The position numbers were made by a program, and so were the translations under genes. The notes beneath the pieces are model-generated. The model saw only the letters and a list, made by a program, of their open reading frames with translations. It was not told the DNA's origin and did not search any database. Positions 62,690-64,000 of a DNA stretch of 64,000 bases are shown here, piece by piece. The stretch comes from Mobula hypostoma (lineage: Eukaryota), in contig NC_086097.1 of assembly GCF_963921235.1 (NCBI RefSeq), forward strand, positions 128,838,001 through 128,902,000, read 5' to 3'. Positions within the stretch are counted from its first letter, which is position 1. Each line of letters starts with the position of its first letter.

Positions 62690-63105
62690 ATGATCAGAGA
62701 TTAAGGGAGCTAGGGCTTTACTCTCTGGAGAGAAGGAGAATGAGAGGAGACATGATAGAGGTATACAAGATATTTTTAAGAGGAATAGATAGAGTGGATA
62801 GCCAGCGCCTCTTCGCCAGGGCACCACTGCTCAATACAAGAGGACATGGCTTTAAGGTAAAGGGTGGGAAGTTCAAGGGGGATATTAGAGGAAGGTTTTT
62901 CTCTCAGAGAGTGGTTGGTGCATGGAATGCACTGCCTGAGTCAGTGGTGGAGGCAGACACACTAGTGAAATTTAAGAGACTACTAGACAGGTATATGGAA
63001 GAACTTAAGGTGGGGTGGGGTGTTATATGGGAGGCAGTGTTTAAGGGTCGGCACAATATTGTGGGCTGAAGGGCCTGTACTGTGCTGTACTATTCTATGT
63101 TCTAT
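62690..63105 (+). mobile_element. CR1 3' fragment inserted in a Rex1-type tail
   Basis: MRGDMIEVYKI..GIDRVDSQRLF...TRGHGFKV...FFSQRVVGAWNALP. Confidence 0.92.
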
Positions 63106-63180
63106 AATGATGAGCTTTTGATCTCTCAGTCTACCTCATCATAGCCCTTGCACTGCACTTCTTTGGTAACTGTAACACTA

Positions 63181-64000
63181 CAGTGGTATGCAAAAGTTTG
63201 GGCACCCCTGGTTAAAATTTCCGCTACTGTGAATAGTTAAGTGAGTAGAAGGTGAACTGATCTCCAAAAGGCATAAAGTTAAAGATGAAACATTCTTTTC
63301 AACATTTAAGAAAGATTATCGCAAACATGAGAAAATCTGCAGATGCTGGAAATTCAAGCAACACACATAAAATGCTGGTGGAACGCAGCAGGCCAGGCAG
63401 CATCTATAAGAGGTACAGTCGACGTTTCGGGCCAAGGCCCTCCGTCAGTATTATTTTTGTTTTGTACAATTTTACAGTGAAAAAAGGAAAGGAGCACCAT
63501 GGAAAAGTTTGGGCACTCCAAGAGATTTGAGCTCTCAGATAACTTTTACCAAGCTCTCAGACCTTAATTAGCTTGTTAGGGCTATGGCTTGTTCACAGTC
63601 ATCGTTAGGAAAGGCCAGGTGATGCAAATTTCAAAGCTTTATAAATACCCTGACTCCTCAAACCTTGTCCAAACAATCAGCAGTCGTGGGCTCCTCTGAG
63701 CAGCTGCCTAGCACTCTGAAAACTAAAAAAAAAAATGATGCCCACAAAGCAGGAGAAGGCTATAAGAAGATAGCAAAGCGTTTTCAGGTAGCCGTTTCCT
63801 CAGTTCGTAATGTAATTAAGAAATGGCAGTTAACAGGAACGGTGGAGGTCAAGTTGAGGTCTGGAAGACCAAGAAAACTTTCCAAGAGAACTGCTCGTAG
63901 GATTGCTAGAAAGACAAATCAAAACTCCCGTTTGACTGCAAAAGACCTTCAGGAAGATTTAACAGACTCTGGCCATGCAGGGTACCCAAACGATTGCTTC
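63181..64000 (+). mobile_element. Tc1 element, internally deleted, with a Penelope-derived arm inserted at ~63322-63452
   Basis: TA|CAGTGGTATGCAAAAGTTTGGGCACCCC left TIR; inner repeat GAAAAGTTTGGGCACTCC near 63502; paired-like HTH AHKAGEGYKKIAKRFQVAVSSVRNVIKKW...SGRPRKLS (63740-63970); right-TIR-like GGGTACCCAAAC near 63980. Confidence 0.88.

Overview
This is eukaryotic, vertebrate-type genomic DNA, not prokaryotic. The repeat inventory (CR1 and Rex1/Babar LINEs, V-domain/HE1-like SINEs, Deu/SacSINE-like relics, palindromic Penelope-derived elements) resembles cartilaginous fish, probably a ray; that assignment is from recall and was not searched. I found no intact protein-coding gene, rRNA, tRNA gene or CRISPR array, so the window looks like a large intron or intergenic stretch. 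Most ORFs in the track are fragments of decayed transposons. Recognisable elements: several CR1 and Rex1/Babar LINEs, an RTE LINE with a twin-priming-type 5' inversion (42.2-44.7 kb), a Ty3/Gypsy provirus with both LTRs, PBS, PPT and candidate TSD (54.0-58.2 kb), an older Gypsy relic (47.6-49.5 kb), a solo LTR, a multi-layer nested hAT/hAT/Tigger stack (18.5-20.9 kb), Tc1 derivatives and a Penelope GIY-YIG remnant. The most interesting signal is a set of short hairpin-shaped Penelope-derived elements. They carry minimal hammerhead-ribozyme motifs (two sequence families) and often 12-14 bp TSDs. One copy contains an inverted ~200 bp copy of its own upstream flank joined exactly at the ribozyme core. 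Boundaries of decayed elements are approximate; TSD, TIR, LTR and ribozyme coordinates were read base by base.
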